Origin: a virus
Taxonomy: Duplodnaviria; Caudoviricetes
IMG/VR virus record: IMGVR_UViG_3300045921_000410
Span: 1-60,232 of that record
DNA length: 60,232 nucleotides
Strand: one strand, 5' to 3'
This document shows, piece after piece, positions 44,354-54,938 of this stretch. The notes beneath the pieces were generated by a model. It worked only from the letters and a program-made list of their open reading frames with translations, did not search any database and was not told the DNA's origin. The stretch's first letter is position 1; each line of letters starts with the position of its first letter. The position numbers were made by a program, and so were the translations under genes.

Positions 44354-46948
44354 TTAAAATTTTATTTTCTTTGCAGTACCCCAACTGGAACCTGTTTTAC
44401 AATCAACAACCAGCTTGACTTTTTGAACTTGTGGAATTTTAGATTCCATAAGTTTTTTTATTTGCTTTGGAACAAACTTGGTCTCACTGTTATGAACCGC
44501 AAACATAATCGAATCGTGTACTGTAAGAACTGGATATGTTTTAAGCTTCTTAGCTCTCAAATAACCACACACTCTGTTTAAAGCGTGGGTTACAACATCG
44601 GAAGCCGATGACTGTACAGGATAGTTTACCGCTTTTCTAAAAGCTTCGGCAATCCTAAAATCATCTTGTGAATCAAAATCTGGAATCTTAATCTTTCTTC
44701 CAAATAAAGTATTAATATAACCATTTTGTCGAACAAATTGTTTTTGATTATTCACCCAGTTTTTTAAACCGGGATGCTCATTAAAAATAGCTTGAATTAC
44801 CTGCTCTGCTACCGGCACCGTAACACCTAAATCAGCCGATAAACCATATCCTGTTTTCCCATAAATAACAGAAAAACCTATTATTTTTGCTTTAACTCTT
44901 GGCTCTGGGTCACTATAATCGCTCTCGAATTCTTTTGGCAAATATAACTTTCCGTTTGGTTTTGGAATCTTATATTTTACTAATATATTAACTCCATTGT
45001 AAACGTGAGTATCTTGACCACTATTTAATCTATCTATCCAAGGCAAATCTTGTGAGTACTCCGCCGCAATTCTAACTTCTAACTGAGAGTAGTCAAATTC
45101 ATACAGAGTGTACCCTTTTGGGACAACTACACACTCTCTAATATCCGAATCTCTAGGTATGTTTTGAAAATTTGGATTAGAAGAAGATAAACGTCCGGTA
45201 GCTACGCCACTTTCATCACTGCCTGCCGTAGTACCCATGTTAAAAGAAGTATATATTTTTCCTAAAATACTCTTTTCTAAAAAAGTATCAATATAAGTAG
45301 ATTTTAATTTTGCAACTTTCCTATGATTACTTAAAGCTTTACAAAATTTTAATAATTCTTTAACGCCTTTAACTTTAGGAATGGACTCGGCTATCTTAAT
45401 AACTTTAGAAATCGTTTGTTTATCTGTACTCTCTGATTCTAATTTTTTCTTTAAAGATCGATCTTTTACATATTTATAGATGGGCTTTAAAAAATCACGA
45501 TCATATAAAACTTTAACAAGTTGAGTAGGACTGGAAGGATTTAAGTCTTTCACACCGGAAGTTTTTCTAATCTCTTTTTCTAGCTCTACAATTTGCTTTT
45601 CGTACTTATTTTTTAATTCTTGTGACTTTTTTAAATCAATAGAAATTCCCGCATACTCAATCTCACAAAGATTGTACCTTGTCTTATTTAACTCAGGAAT
45701 TAAATTTTTAACACTATGATTTTTTGCTTCTTTTAATTGATTTTCGTAAACTATAAAAGTTCCAACGGTATCATACACACCGTACTTAGCTAAAGGTAAG
45801 GGTGGAATATCTGAATAATCCTTAGACTTACCTTTTTGATTACTCAGATAAAAGTCTAAATCGGACTCATAACCACCAAAATCAGTATAGTACTGAACCA
45901 GTGTTTTTAAGCCATTACCTAAATCATTCAAAACATCATTAACGACTAACGTATCGTATGTATAACCATAAGGCAATATAAAACCGTACTCTCTAAACCA
46001 CTTATACTCAAAGGATAAATTATGAATTATTTTTAAAGATTTTTTAGATTCAATTACAGATTTAATTTTCTTTTTATATTTTTTGTATAAATTACTTTCT
46101 TTATCTTTAATCCATCGTCCCTCTGGGAACTGATCGGACGAATTCAAATCAAAATCCATAAAAGGAAAAAACCAACCAGTTTTTGAGTCTATAGAAAACG
46201 AAACACCTATAATTTTACCGTCTCTATGATTTATACCTTGCGTTTCAATATCTATGACTACTTTACTAGCCGTCTGTAACTTTAAAAACATCTTATCCGC
46301 TTGTATTTCGTTACGAACAAAAACATGTTTTGGTTGTACAAAAGAAATTTTTTTATTTAACACTTCTTTGGCTTTAATCAATGACCTGACTATATTCTCT
46401 GAATTATGAGCCACGTCCCTGGGATGAATTAAGGGCATAACATAACAATTTAAAGCCGGGCTTTTAACTATTTTACCCGACCACTCAGCTATATCGGATT
46501 GATTTAAAATACTTTGCAAAGCAATGTAACCAAGCGGAATAACCAATTTCGGTTTTAGTCTTTCTATTTCTCTATATAAATAAGGTTCGCAATTTCTTAC
46601 TATTTTTTTTCTATCGACAGTTTTTTGAAACCTTATATCACCAGAACCCAAAGAACATCTAGTAAGAGTATCTAAATACACAACCTTCTTATCCAATTTA
46701 GCTTCGACTAACCAACGCCTAATTATAGCTCTCAAACCACCAGATAAAACTTGACCATAATAAATGTCTTCTTTCGTTATACCATCGGTAACAAATAAAA
46801 TATCTACCTGTTCCGATTCTTTTTCAAAATAATTTCCTTGAATACAATTAATTTGAACTGTTGTCATCGGATGACAACGACTACAATAATCGCTAGAATC
46901 AAATTCAACTAATTTATTTTTTAATTCTTTTGTAGTACTCGATGACAT
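44354..46948 (-). CDS. polA: Family A DNA polymerase with N-terminal UDG-like domain and 3'-5' exonuclease
   Basis: CSRC, RC, C.PYL.REI...KPK.VIPLG and HP (UDG family 4-like); IDIET (exonuclease); TGRLSS.NPNFQNIP, DYSQLE.R, R..AK...F...YG and VHD (polymerase). Confidence 0.95.
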   Translation of the reverse strand: MSSSTTKELKNKLVEFDSSDYCSRCHPMTTVQINCIQGNYFEKESEQVDILFVTDGITKEDIYYGQVLSGGLRAIIRRWLVEAKLDKKVVYLDTLTRCSLGSGDIRFQKTVDRKKIVRNCEPYLYREIERLKPKLVIPLGYIALQSILNQSDIAEWSGKIVKSPALNCYVMPLIHPRDVAHNSENIVRSLIKAKEVLNKKISFVQPKHVFVRNEIQADKMFLKLQTASKVVIDIETQGINHRDGKIIGVSFSIDSKTGWFFPFMDFDLNSSDQFPEGRWIKDKESNLYKKYKKKIKSVIESKKSLKIIHNLSFEYKWFREYGFILPYGYTYDTLVVNDVLNDLGNGLKTLVQYYTDFGGYESDLDFYLSNQKGKSKDYSDIPPLPLAKYGVYDTVGTFIVYENQLKEAKNHSVKNLIPELNKTRYNLCEIEYAGISIDLKKSQELKNKYEKQIVELEKEIRKTSGVKDLNPSSPTQLVKVLYDRDFLKPIYKYVKDRSLKKKLESESTDKQTISKVIKIAESIPKVKGVKELLKFCKALSNHRKVAKLKSTYIDTFLEKSILGKIYTSFNMGTTAGSDESGVATGRLSSSNPNFQNIPRDSDIRECVVVPKGYTLYEFDYSQLEVRIAAEYSQDLPWIDRLNSGQDTHVYNGVNILVKYKIPKPNGKLYLPKEFESDYSDPEPRVKAKIIGFSVIYGKTGYGLSADLGVTVPVAEQVIQAIFNEHPGLKNWVNNQKQFVRQNGYINTLFGRKIKIPDFDSQDDFRIAEAFRKAVNYPVQSSASDVVTHALNRVCGYLRAKKLKTYPVLTVHDSIMFAVHNSETKFVPKQIKKLMESKIPQVQKVKLVVDCKTGSSWGTAKKIKF

Positions 46949-47285
46949 CTATTTTTTCCTGCTTCTTATATAATAAATATAATTTATTAAAATCTTCCTC
47001 ACCTAAAACTTTCCTACAAACTTCAAAATTCTTTAACTGATCGGATTCTAATTTATTATGACAATTTCTGCAAACAGAGAGACCATTTAAGGGATTTAAT
47101 CTCAAAGACTGGATCGACCGAGTAAAAATATGGTGCACTTCTATCGCAACTTTTTTACACCCAGGCAATCCAATTCGACAAATACCTCGATCTCTCTGCC
47201 TACAGTAGAGACTCCAATCTCTATCGTTTTTAATTCCCTTATCTAATTCTAAGATCGATTTCTTTTCTGATCTTAAAACCTTCAA
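46914..47285 (-). CDS. HNH endonuclease
   Basis: RD...C...C...EVHHI...NGLSVCRNCH. Confidence 0.85.
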   Translation of the reverse strand: MKVLRSEKKSILELDKGIKNDRDWSLYCRQRDRGICRIGLPGCKKVAIEVHHIFTRSIQSLRLNPLNGLSVCRNCHNKLESDQLKNFEVCRKVLGEEDFNKLYLLYKKQEKIDVIEYYKRIKK

Positions 47286-48096
47286 CGCTATTTCCCTCGG
47301 GTAAATTTAAGGAATCTGCATAATTTTGAATCACTGAAATTCTTTGCACCTCTAAAGCACTTAATAAAGATTTCGGCAATCTTCCTTCAACGACCGCTTT
47401 TACAAATTCAAACAAATCGACTAACTCTGCTTTATAGACAAAACGAGAACTACCACTACCTACAGAAGTACTACTTTTTATTCCTTGAATTGGAACAGAT
47501 GATACTGCGACCGGAACACTCTCTAATTGTCTTTGTGCCTCTTCCACTTTTTCTACGTCACCTAACTCAACTGCATCTTGTAGTGCTTCTTTTGCTGAAT
47601 CTTGCTTTTCTTTAATTTCCTTTTCTTGCTCGATTCTTTTTAATTCTGCTAGTGCATTTTGTCTTTCAATTTCTTTACGATCAAACTCTTTAACTAAATC
47701 GTTAAGCAATTCAATCGCTTTATTAACGTGCAATAACATTGCCGATTCCCTAGCTTTAACAGAGGCAAGCGTTTCTTTCGCTGATTCAATAGTTTTTTTA
47801 GCTTTATCAATCGGCTCCTTAAATAACATTTGTACTCGCTTTGAGTACTCTTTACTTGCTTTGAGCATAGCAATAGCGGATTCTCTGTCTTTTAAACTCT
47901 TAACTTTACCGATCTCTTGTGCTTGTTTTAAAATCTTTTTACCGATTATGTTTAAACTATCGGCTTCTTTTTCCGGTATGGACACCTCATTAATTATTTT
48001 GGAAGCTTGCAAAACTCTATCTTTTGCAACGACTTTCTTTTTAGAAGCGACTTTCTTTTTAGAAGCAATTTTCTTTTTAGAAGCAATTTTTTTCAT
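47239..48096 (-). CDS. Coiled-coil protein with Lys-rich N-terminal repeats
   Basis: KK(I/V)ASK repeats encoded by an 18-bp DNA repeat; long helical body. Confidence 0.65.
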   Translation of the reverse strand: MKKIASKKKIASKKKVASKKKVVAKDRVLQASKIINEVSIPEKEADSLNIIGKKILKQAQEIGKVKSLKDRESAIAMLKASKEYSKRVQMLFKEPIDKAKKTIESAKETLASVKARESAMLLHVNKAIELLNDLVKEFDRKEIERQNALAELKRIEQEKEIKEKQDSAKEALQDAVELGDVEKVEEAQRQLESVPVAVSSVPIQGIKSSTSVGSGSSRFVYKAELVDLFEFVKAVVEGRLPKSLLSALEVQRISVIQNYADSLNLPEGNSVEGFKIRKEIDLRIR

Positions 48097-48134
48097 CCTA
48101 TTATTCTCCTGAGTTTTTTATACAATGAAACTAC

Positions 48135-48398
48135 TTATATTTTTGTCAAACTATTTTTTAAATTAAAAAAAAGATTTTCAAGATCGACTCCAACTGCCCA
48201 AACTGATCTTTCTATTATTTCAGTTTTATCCTGACCAACCGAAATTTCTATTTTATAAATTGTTTTCTTTGTTTTATTATTGGCATCGAAAAAAACGTGA
48301 AAGCCAACTGTCTTACCCGAAATCACAAGAAAATCATCGCTTAAAGTTAAGACATTAGTATTTGGTTGTAATACACTAATTGAAAAACTTTCGTACAC
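48135..48398 (-). CDS. Hypothetical protein
   Basis: GTG start with GGAGGT RBS. Confidence 0.55.
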   Translation of the reverse strand: MYESFSISVLQPNTNVLTLSDDFLVISGKTVGFHVFFDANNKTKKTIYKIEISVGQDKTEIIERSVWAVGVDLENLFFNLKNSLTKI

Positions 48399-49075
48399 TA
48401 TAATATACCTCCGATCGAATCTATATACTGTTTTTTCATAATCTCTACTTCTCTGGGAATTTTAAAATTTACATTTAAGACATCAGAACCACAAACTAAT
48501 TTAAAAATTTGCTCTGCATACTTATTGTACACATCAGTAAATTTATACTTAACTTTGCCATTTGCATTTTTTACCAAACTCAAAATATGTCTTTGAGCAA
48601 CCGGATGATTATATATATTACGATACATTAAAGCATAGGCATTAACTTGAAAAACGTCTAATAAATAAAATACTTTTCTAGTTTTTAAATCTACCAAATC
48701 TAAAGAATTTACTCCTACAACATTGTTAGGCTTTTCAAAAATCTTATCTAAAGTTCCGGCTATATTTAATTTATGATCCACGAGAGTAAGCTCACTGTAC
48801 TTTAACGAATACTTATACGATTCTCTAAATTCCAAATAAGCATCTAAATAATTATAGTAATCTTTATACGTTTTATTAATTGATTGACCCAAATCATACA
48901 GATGAACCATTTCATGTACTTTTTTTCCTCGCTCGGACGCTTTTACCAAATAGTGAATAGGAATTTTAGAATACTGCCCCGGGAACAAAGAAGAAATAAT
49001 TTGCGTTACTGAATATTTACCATCATATCTAGGAGTGAAATGATTTTTCTTTGATACATCTCCAATTAAATTCAT
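48398..49075 (-). CDS. PD-(D/E)xK (Cas4/RecB-like) exonuclease
   Basis: SVTQII, RGKKVH, SE...AGTLD...VDLKT, QVNAY. Confidence 0.85.
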   Translation of the reverse strand: MNLIGDVSKKNHFTPRYDGKYSVTQIISSLFPGQYSKIPIHYLVKASERGKKVHEMVHLYDLGQSINKTYKDYYNYLDAYLEFRESYKYSLKYSELTLVDHKLNIAGTLDKIFEKPNNVVGVNSLDLVDLKTRKVFYLLDVFQVNAYALMYRNIYNHPVAQRHILSLVKNANGKVKYKFTDVYNKYAEQIFKLVCGSDVLNVNFKIPREVEIMKKQYIDSIGGIL

Positions 49076-50193
49076 TTTACTTGACCACGCAAAATTGTCT
49101 TTTCGTCACATAACAATCCAAATTGATTTTTATATGATCTAAGAATTAAATCTAAATACTCATATACTTCGCTATTCTTAACAATACCATGTTTCGGAAC
49201 ATCAAAGCCTGTCTTAGTAAGCTTACAATATCCCAAATGAACGCCTAATGAAAAATAATCATAAGCTATATCGTACCCCAACCCATACATGAAAGGAATT
49301 TCACAATCTTGAAACGGAGGGGCTATTTTATTTTTTACAGTCTTAACATTTGCAATAGAACCAAGTCTTTGAGTCTCTTTCGTGCTTAATAACTCTCCAA
49401 CGTTTTTTGCTCCTTTAACGGCGTTTTTTTCAGACTTAGAAAGTCTTAATTGCATTCGAATAGTAGAAGCAAATTTTAAAGCTTGCCCACCTGGGGTACT
49501 TATAGGGTCTCCGAAAACAACTCCTATTTTAAACTTTACTTGATTTACACATAACAACGCTGTACGATTTTTTGACATAACAGGAGTAAGAACTTTAAAA
49601 GCATCAGAAAGCATTCTTGCCTGTAAACCCATAGATTGCTTTTCAAACTTTGCCTCTGACATAGATTTAGGTACAAGCTGTGCAATAGAATCTAATATAA
49701 TTAAATTTGATCCTTGCTTAGACAACTCCCTAACAACTTCTAAAGCTTCCTCTCCAGTATCGGGCTGGGAAAATATTAAATTTACAATATCCACACCTAA
49801 CTTCTTAGCATAATTGGGATCAATAGCATGCTCCATATCTACAAAAGAACACACTTTATTCTTTGCCTGTTCTTGTGCAACTGCATTCAAAAATAAAGTA
49901 GTTTTACCGTTAGACGGTTCCGAGAAAGCTTCCATTATTCTACCGTAAGGCAAGCCAATAAACGGATTTCCAGTAGCTATATAATTAATACTCGGAACTC
50001 CAAATGATATTCCTTCCAACTTTGCATTCTTAGATTGAACACCTAACAAAGTTACTGAGCTACCTAAGATTTTTGACGCTGATTCAAAAACCGACTTTAC
50101 ATTTCTATCGACTTTTTTTTCAGTTTGTTTTTCTTCAATTAAAGAATTAGTCACGGCTTTTTTTGCCGTGACTTTACTTTTAACTTTTTTCAT
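49072..50193 (-). CDS. recA: RecA-family recombinase
   Basis: GLPYGRIME, GKTT, DMEHAIDP.YA.KLGVD, QPDTGEEAL, GLQARM, TPGG.ALKF, KNKIAPPF. Confidence 0.95.
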   Translation of the reverse strand: MKKVKSKVTAKKAVTNSLIEEKQTEKKVDRNVKSVFESASKILGSSVTLLGVQSKNAKLEGISFGVPSINYIATGNPFIGLPYGRIMEAFSEPSNGKTTLFLNAVAQEQAKNKVCSFVDMEHAIDPNYAKKLGVDIVNLIFSQPDTGEEALEVVRELSKQGSNLIILDSIAQLVPKSMSEAKFEKQSMGLQARMLSDAFKVLTPVMSKNRTALLCVNQVKFKIGVVFGDPISTPGGQALKFASTIRMQLRLSKSEKNAVKGAKNVGELLSTKETQRLGSIANVKTVKNKIAPPFQDCEIPFMYGLGYDIAYDYFSLGVHLGYCKLTKTGFDVPKHGIVKNSEVYEYLDLILRSYKNQFGLLCDEKTILRGQVK

Positions 50194-51047
50194 TTTTTCT
50201 TATTTGCGGATTTTTTCTTAGCTGGGGATTTTTTTGTATTTTTTTTCTCCCCAGCAAGAATTGTTTCCAACTCGGAAGAAAACGACATAGCCATGTTTTC
50301 CAAAGCATTAGAATCTACAACCCCCAAATTATCAAAACTAACTCCTGTATTAATTGGAACTTCTATTCGATTCTTGCTCAAAATTTCAATAGATTGAACC
50401 GAACGATATGTACTTCCATCAGAGGTAGCACCGATATGAAAGACAACTGGGCAACCAATTAAATCCTTGGAATCGAGCTGTGCCTCTTCATAAGCACTTT
50501 GGAATTTTTTAAATGTATCTGCTGTTAAACCTAACAACGTCCATTTAAGCTTTTCACCTTTTTGTACATAAGGCTTTACGATTGTTTTGCCACCTGACTT
50601 TCTTAATTCGTATTCGATAGAAGCACCAACAAAGTAATAAGATAAAACCGAACCATACTCTTTTGCAACTGTTTTTAGCTCATCTTGCCAAATTTTATCT
50701 CCGTTTGCTTTTGCTTCTCGCCATGCTTGCCAAACTTTTTGAATTTCGGCACACTGTGGACAATGATCCTCCCCACGACCACTAACAACTGCTTGCATAT
50801 CATCAGTACTATGCACACCGCAAACCGCACGCATCACTTCTTTTCCAATTTTTGCATAGTGCACTCGCTCCGGACAAAACATTGCATTTGCCAAAACAAA
50901 AACATTTAAGTCTTTTTTAAAATCCAAATGCAAATAGCTCTGACTGTTGGTCAAACTCCTTGCTTCATCTGATCCAAATACTAAACCCTTGCCAACTAAA
51001 GATTTAGTTGCCTGATCTGTTGCCTGTTTTTTTGATTTTGCTGACAT
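50190..51047 (-). CDS. Putative single-stranded DNA-binding protein (gp32-like, zinc)
   Basis: H...C...CPQC motif; adjacent to RecA; start re-called to MSAKSKK with AGGAG. Confidence 0.55.
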   Translation of the reverse strand: MSAKSKKQATDQATKSLVGKGLVFGSDEARSLTNSQSYLHLDFKKDLNVFVLANAMFCPERVHYAKIGKEVMRAVCGVHSTDDMQAVVSGRGEDHCPQCAEIQKVWQAWREAKANGDKIWQDELKTVAKEYGSVLSYYFVGASIEYELRKSGGKTIVKPYVQKGEKLKWTLLGLTADTFKKFQSAYEEAQLDSKDLIGCPVVFHIGATSDGSTYRSVQSIEILSKNRIEVPINTGVSFDNLGVVDSNALENMAMSFSSELETILAGEKKNTKKSPAKKKSANKKK

Positions 51048-51066
51048 TCTTAAATTGTCTCCTTTT

Positions 51067-51327
51067 TTATTTGATTTCAATGATTCTTCGAACCAATAAA
51101 TCCTTCTGAGATACTGTCTTAATTCTTGTGTATCCGTATTCTTCCATAATTCTAATGACATCTTCTTTTTTCACACCCGAATACTGTCTTTTTTCTCTTT
51201 GGAACGATACGTTTTCAATCTTTAACTTTTTTTGAATTTTTTTTAATATACCCGAATTTATCCCAGTGACCGCCATTAATTCACCGGACAAATAAAAATC
51301 TTGATCCAACTCTTTGTAAACTTCCAT
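51067..51327 (-). CDS. Putative HTH DNA-binding protein
   Basis: LSGELMAVTGINSGILKK; probable start MEVYK. Confidence 0.45.
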   Translation of the reverse strand: MEVYKELDQDFYLSGELMAVTGINSGILKKIQKKLKIENVSFQREKRQYSGVKKEDVIRIMEEYGYTRIKTVSQKDLLVRRIIEIK

Positions 51328-51368
51328 AAAACTAATTAACACCAACTATTATTTTTGTCAAACAATTT

Positions 51369-51845
51369 TTAAAATTTTGATCGCTCATCACGTAAATTTG
51401 CCGATAAAGTTTGAGCTAAATTAAATTTTGCCTCCAAACTCTCTTTGTAAGTTTTAATGATTCGCATTATTCTTTCTTCCTCTTGAATTAAATTTAACTT
51501 CTCTTCCAGCTGTTTTTTATATCTTTGCCGAACTTTATTTAATTTTGCGGATTCGGTTTTCTCATTAAAAAACTCAGCTAATTTTTCTGCGATATAAAAC
51601 TCATACGCTGATTTCATAGAATTAACTTTCTTTTCGATCTCAGATAAAGCAATTCCAATGTACGCAAAATAACCAGGAATACGTGCAATCTGTTCATTTA
51701 AAATACCTAAATTATGAATGTCTAAATCAAACATATCCGGATCAAAATAATAAGTTTGTTTTCCAATATTCACTTCATAAACAACTGTAGTCTTAATAGT
51801 TTCTAAAAACTTTTTTATATTAGTTATGGGATTTTTTTTCTTCAT
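51369..51845 (-). CDS. UvsY-like recombination mediator
   Basis: D.D...LNEQ...IP..FAY...LSANLR.E pattern; helical. Confidence 0.6.
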   Translation of the reverse strand: MKKKNPITNIKKFLETIKTTVVYEVNIGKQTYYFDPDMFDLDIHNLGILNEQIARIPGYFAYIGIALSEIEKKVNSMKSAYEFYIAEKLAEFFNEKTESAKLNKVRQRYKKQLEEKLNLIQEEERIMRIIKTYKESLEAKFNLAQTLSANLRDERSKF

Positions 51846-52825
51846 TTAAACAACGCTTTAAATTCTTTTTTATTCTTTACATGGGAATTAAAATAACTAC
51901 CTAACTTACCACTAACGTGCATTTTATTTGGATCAACTTGATTTTTTTCAATCGTATGAATTAAATATTTAGAAAAATGCTTACTCAAAGCACTTTGAAT
52001 TTGATCCATAACTAATCTACGGGTATTTACAGTATTTGTCTTATTGTCTTTTAATCCATCTAATACTATAACCGGAACATCTGTAATTTTTTTAATCTGG
52101 GAAATTTGGGAATCCGTAATATAAGTTCCGTTCAACGCTACACTGTGTTCTTTATTCATAGTAAAAGACAAAGAATCGAACACACCCTCAGTTATTACTA
52201 AATAAGGAACTTTTCTTTTTCTGCTCGAAAAAATATGAGACGCTCCAAACAAACCATGCACACTACCTTGATCGCCTTCCTGATAGTATCTTAAATCTGC
52301 ATTTGGTCGAATTGATCTACCTTTTATACCAAATAGTTGACCATCAATATTTCTAATCGGATAAACAACTCTACCACGCCAATTATTCTCACTTGGCTTA
52401 CCCTCCATAAATCCATAAGTCTTAGCAATTTTTATATCAATACCTCGATTTTCTAAATACTCTATATAAGGATTTAATCTTAATGGAAAAAAATTCGCTA
52501 AAATACTTTCGTCTAATGGCTTAATTATTTTCTTTTTAAAGCTGTAAGCATTTCCAACTTTTACAAATTCACTTTTATTTTGACCAAAACCAAAATCTTT
52601 ACAAATGTCGTTTGCTTCATTTAACGAGATACATTCAATATCGGCTATAAGCTTTTGCACTTTACCAGACTCATGACAACCCCAACAATGAAAAATTCCT
52701 AACTCAGTATTAATTTGCAAACTTGGATTATTATCATCATGATAAATACAAACAATCTTACATTCTTTACTACCAACTTTTTTAGCTCCATAACGACTAA
52801 CCATATATTGCATAAATGATTTCAT
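51842..52825 (-). CDS. dnaG: DNA primase (CHC2 zinc finger plus TOPRIM)
   Basis: CIYHDDNNPS...HCWGC; ITEGVFD; VLDG. Confidence 0.92.
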   Translation of the reverse strand: MKSFMQYMVSRYGAKKVGSKECKIVCIYHDDNNPSLQINTELGIFHCWGCHESGKVQKLIADIECISLNEANDICKDFGFGQNKSEFVKVGNAYSFKKKIIKPLDESILANFFPLRLNPYIEYLENRGIDIKIAKTYGFMEGKPSENNWRGRVVYPIRNIDGQLFGIKGRSIRPNADLRYYQEGDQGSVHGLFGASHIFSSRKRKVPYLVITEGVFDSLSFTMNKEHSVALNGTYITDSQISQIKKITDVPVIVLDGLKDNKTNTVNTRRLVMDQIQSALSKHFSKYLIHTIEKNQVDPNKMHVSGKLGSYFNSHVKNKKEFKALFK

Positions 52826-54189
52826 AACTTACCTACCTTTTTTGGTTTATTTTTTCCTGTTTTAATAAATTTAGCCAAACGAACATTAATATCTAAAAAA
52901 GAGACACTGTCTAAAACCATTCTGGAAAAATCTGGTCTTACAACATAAGTAGTTCCCTTAGGGATACTCCGACCTTTGATTACACCAACTTGTCCTTCCC
53001 CAGATACTTTATCAATCTCAGATTGGTGAAATGAAAGTACAATCTGTGCCCATTCACTTAACGCCCGTGCATACTTAATATCATTTACTTGATAACCTCC
53101 TTTTCTATTTATACCCGCATCTGTAACCTGGGAACTTGTCCAAACTCCAATGTCATTTTCTAAAGCCCATTCAGTCAAAGAGTCCACAGACTCTTTTAGT
53201 TGTATCCTTTCATCTAATCTAGTATTTTTACCTTTAACAAGATATATATGATCTAATATAAAAAGATCGCACTTACTTCCCCGTTTGGCTTGTATCGAAT
53301 CTACTATTGAATATATTTCATCCATTGTTAAATTTTTTGCCGAAACGAATTCATAATAATTTTTTTGATCTCTTCTATATTGTTTAATTAACTCAGACCA
53401 ATCTTCATAGTCACGCTTCATTAATTTGCCTAAACGAAAGTCTCTACTAGGAATTTGAGTAAGCAAAGAATCTGCTCTTAATTGATTTTCAGTTACTACC
53501 ATTTCTAGTCCCAAAAAAATAACATTATAACCTAATAACCAAGCTACAGTAGCAAAATTTAATTTACCTAAAGACTTTCCTCCCCCGGTCTCAGCCACTA
53601 AAAAACCTACCTCTCCTTTTTTTAATCCGCCCGCTTGTTTATCAAATTCACGAATACCCGTCGGAATTATATCTGATTTATTGTTGTCTATACTTTTTGC
53701 ACGCTCTTTAATTAATTGCTGTCTTTGCTCCGCCGTCTCTAAATACTCAGATACTCTAATCTTTGTATTTGTTTGGTGCAATACACCAGAAAGAACTGAG
53801 GTTGCTTGCGAAACATCTTGCTCTTCAACTAACTCAATAGCTTGTTCACAAGCTGTTAGTATTGACCTACAAACATAATTATTTTGAATTACTTTTAAAA
53901 CTGCTTTTACAGAATTTGGGGTTTTTAAAGACTCTGATTTAATTATTGCATCTATACTTTCTTCAACTGTTTTTTTATTTGTACCCGCTTGATCTAATAT
54001 TACTCTTTTCAGAGTCTTAACTGGGAAGTGCGACCTTAACTGTTTTAATATTTTAAATACAATTCGTTCGCCTTGTCCATAAAACCATTCTGAATTAACA
54101 TCTAAACCAACCGAAAAATCGTTTAACGCCATATATCGCAAAAAAGACCGTTCTGCATCTAAATCAACATGCTCAAAAATTACAGACAT
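52822..54189 (-). CDS. dnaB: Replicative helicase, DnaB-like
   Basis: IPTGI..FD...GGL, AETGGGKS, LEM, ILDHI, SSQ. Confidence 0.92.
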   Translation of the reverse strand: MSVIFEHVDLDAERSFLRYMALNDFSVGLDVNSEWFYGQGERIVFKILKQLRSHFPVKTLKRVILDQAGTNKKTVEESIDAIIKSESLKTPNSVKAVLKVIQNNYVCRSILTACEQAIELVEEQDVSQATSVLSGVLHQTNTKIRVSEYLETAEQRQQLIKERAKSIDNNKSDIIPTGIREFDKQAGGLKKGEVGFLVAETGGGKSLGKLNFATVAWLLGYNVIFLGLEMVVTENQLRADSLLTQIPSRDFRLGKLMKRDYEDWSELIKQYRRDQKNYYEFVSAKNLTMDEIYSIVDSIQAKRGSKCDLFILDHIYLVKGKNTRLDERIQLKESVDSLTEWALENDIGVWTSSQVTDAGINRKGGYQVNDIKYARALSEWAQIVLSFHQSEIDKVSGEGQVGVIKGRSIPKGTTYVVRPDFSRMVLDSVSFLDINVRLAKFIKTGKNKPKKVGKL

Positions 54190-54938
54190 TGAAACGCCTC
54201 TTTAACAAACGTCTTAGCTAAATAATCTTTACGATTTAAAACTATATTATTTTTTGAATTTATTATTGCATTATTGTCACCAGCTATTTTTTCACAAAGC
54301 TGACCTAAAGATATATTAAATTTTTTAATTTCGTTTATGTTTGGCTGAGAAGTAGAAAAATAAATAGACTTACCACTATCCACCATCTTACTTAATACAC
54401 GCTCAATCTTTTTAGAAATCCAAAAATCTTTTCCAAATTCAAAATCTTCAATATCATCTAAAAGTAAAACATCACTACTAAGCAAACGATCAAAATATAT
54501 TATAGAGTCTACATCAGATTCATGTTTAATAAAATTTTCTAAATCACTCATCTTAAAAAACGAAACCCTTGCTTTATCTTGTAAAAAGGTTTTCGCTAAG
54601 TAAGACAAAAACATAGTTTTACCAGAACCCGGTAAACCATGAATCGAACCACCATCATTTAACAAACTTAAATCTACCTCTAAAAAATTAATCATTGGAA
54701 CTGTGACTGGAACTTCCCAGAATTTTCTTGGAATGTTTGCAAATATCAATTCTCTAATATACCTATGAACGACGACACAAAAACAATCCTCCGCACTTCC
54801 GGACTCATTAATCACGGCACCAGTTCCATCACAAACATCATGCCTTTTAACGATTTTATCATAAAGATTAGAAATTAATTCAATTTCTGATTTTGTAAAT
54901 TCTTTCGACCGCACAGTGAAATTTTCTAAATCACTCAT
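54180..54938 (-). CDS. DnaC/IstB-like helicase loader
   Basis: CDGTG...CFC, GLPGSGKT, LLLDDI. Confidence 0.8.
   Translation of the reverse strand: MSDLENFTVRSKEFTKSEIELISNLYDKIVKRHDVCDGTGAVINESGSAEDCFCVVVHRYIRELIFANIPRKFWEVPVTVPMINFLEVDLSLLNDGGSIHGLPGSGKTMFLSYLAKTFLQDKARVSFFKMSDLENFIKHESDVDSIIYFDRLLSSDVLLLDDIEDFEFGKDFWISKKIERVLSKMVDSGKSIYFSTSQPNINEIKKFNISLGQLCEKIAGDNNAIINSKNNIVLNRKDYLAKTFVKEAFQCL

Noticed and set aside
48398-49075. Cas4-like nuclease as part of a CRISPR system
   Set aside because: Sits in the recombination operon beside RecA; a common stand-alone phage exonuclease
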